Source of the DNA: a bacterium
GTDB lineage: Bacteria > Electryoneota > Electryoneia > Electryoneales > Electryoneaceae
Length of the DNA stretch: 64,000 nucleotides
Reading direction: 5' to 3'
Assembly (NCBI GenBank): GCA_020444265.1
Contig: JAHLLH010000008.1
Span: 58,945-122,944 of the forward strand
How positions within the stretch are numbered: the stretch's first letter is position 1; the number at the start of each line of letters is the position of its first letter. This document shows positions 63,544-64,000 of the stretch, in pieces. The notes under the pieces are model-generated. The model had not been told where the DNA came from and did no database searches. It saw nothing but the letters and a program-made list of their open reading frames with translations. Position numbers and translations under genes: made by a program.

Positions 63544-63980
63544 ATCCTTCTAACATCTATAGCCATTAATTTTGCAATCAACTTATCCGCCATGACTTTA
63601 TGTTCTGTATCTAATTCCTTATTAGCAGCATCTATCATAAGGTTTCTTAGTTTATTATAATAAGCTAGGTATAAATCATCCTCTTCTTCACTATTTGATT
63701 CAAATATAGTAAAAGTGTTATGGTCTAGATTATCAATCCAACTATTAAATGCATCTATATCTTTTGATAATACATTAAAAAATGCAGAGGGGCTATTCAC
63801 AAATGCCTTGGACATTTCGGTTCCAACCTCGGCCACTAAAGCTCCATCTCGTGAATTCCATTGATCAACTAAGGATGGAATACTTATTTCTCCCATTCTG
63901 TTATCTAATGATCTTAATATTTTAGGGCCAAACTCTTTAACCCAATCAAAAGTTCTATTATCTGAATGATCACTGTGCAT
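63537..63980 (-). CDS. Hypothetical acidic protein encoded in a sharply AT-rich segment
   Basis: 147-aa ORF filling the AT-rich block that begins at about 63540 and continues to the window end. No family recognised. No TM or signal peptide. Confidence 0.5.
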   Translation of the reverse strand: MHSDHSDNRTFDWVKEFGPKILRSLDNRMGEISIPSLVDQWNSRDGALVAEVGTEMSKAFVNSPSAFFNVLSKDIDAFNSWIDNLDHNTFTIFESNSEEEDDLYLAYYNKLRNLMIDAANKELDTEHKVMADKLIAKLMAIDVRRIW

Positions 63981-64000
63981 AGCTTTTTGTAATACTGGAA

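Overview
About 64 kb of densely coded bacterial chromosome. By eye it is moderately GC-rich, apart from two AT-richer patches. Two large secreted proteins end in T9SS-type C-terminal sorting domains (YPNPFNGQ.TV...), which points to an FCB-superphylum-like organism, but no finer taxonomic call can be made from sequence alone.

I support about 60 CDS and one tRNA-Val. Every gene from 4.6 kb to 44.7 kb is on the minus strand, and most genes after that are on the plus strand.

Recognisable core content:
- lysS (partial, missing from the ORF track) and alr
- prfB with its canonical +1 programmed frameshift, which the ORF track splits
- dapA-dapB-lysC
- ychF-glnB-glnA
- ffh-rpsP-KH-rimM-trmD-rplS
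- an LPS cluster (lpxL-like, hldA, tRNA-Val, hldC)
- a Na+-translocating methylmalonyl-CoA decarboxylase operon followed by a beta-carbonic anhydrase
- mutS2 and an M23 peptidase

Most interesting items:
1. A four-gene envelope module: secreted Gly-rich protein, FecR-domain protein, 864-aa outer-membrane barrel, and a CHASE2 class III cyclase. It looks like a FecA/FecR-style relay with a cyclic-nucleotide output instead of a sigma factor.
2. A RAYT (IS200-like HUH Y1 transposase) bracketed by two copies of a 51-bp near-perfect AT-rich palindrome (a REPIN), with a third copy 8 kb away.
3. A second, unrelated family of GC-rich GTCAG-stem hairpins clustered in three inter-operon spacers, with compensatory stem changes between copies.
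4. An abrupt AT-rich gene at the right edge of the window.

Functional calls come from motif recognition by eye. No database searches were run.
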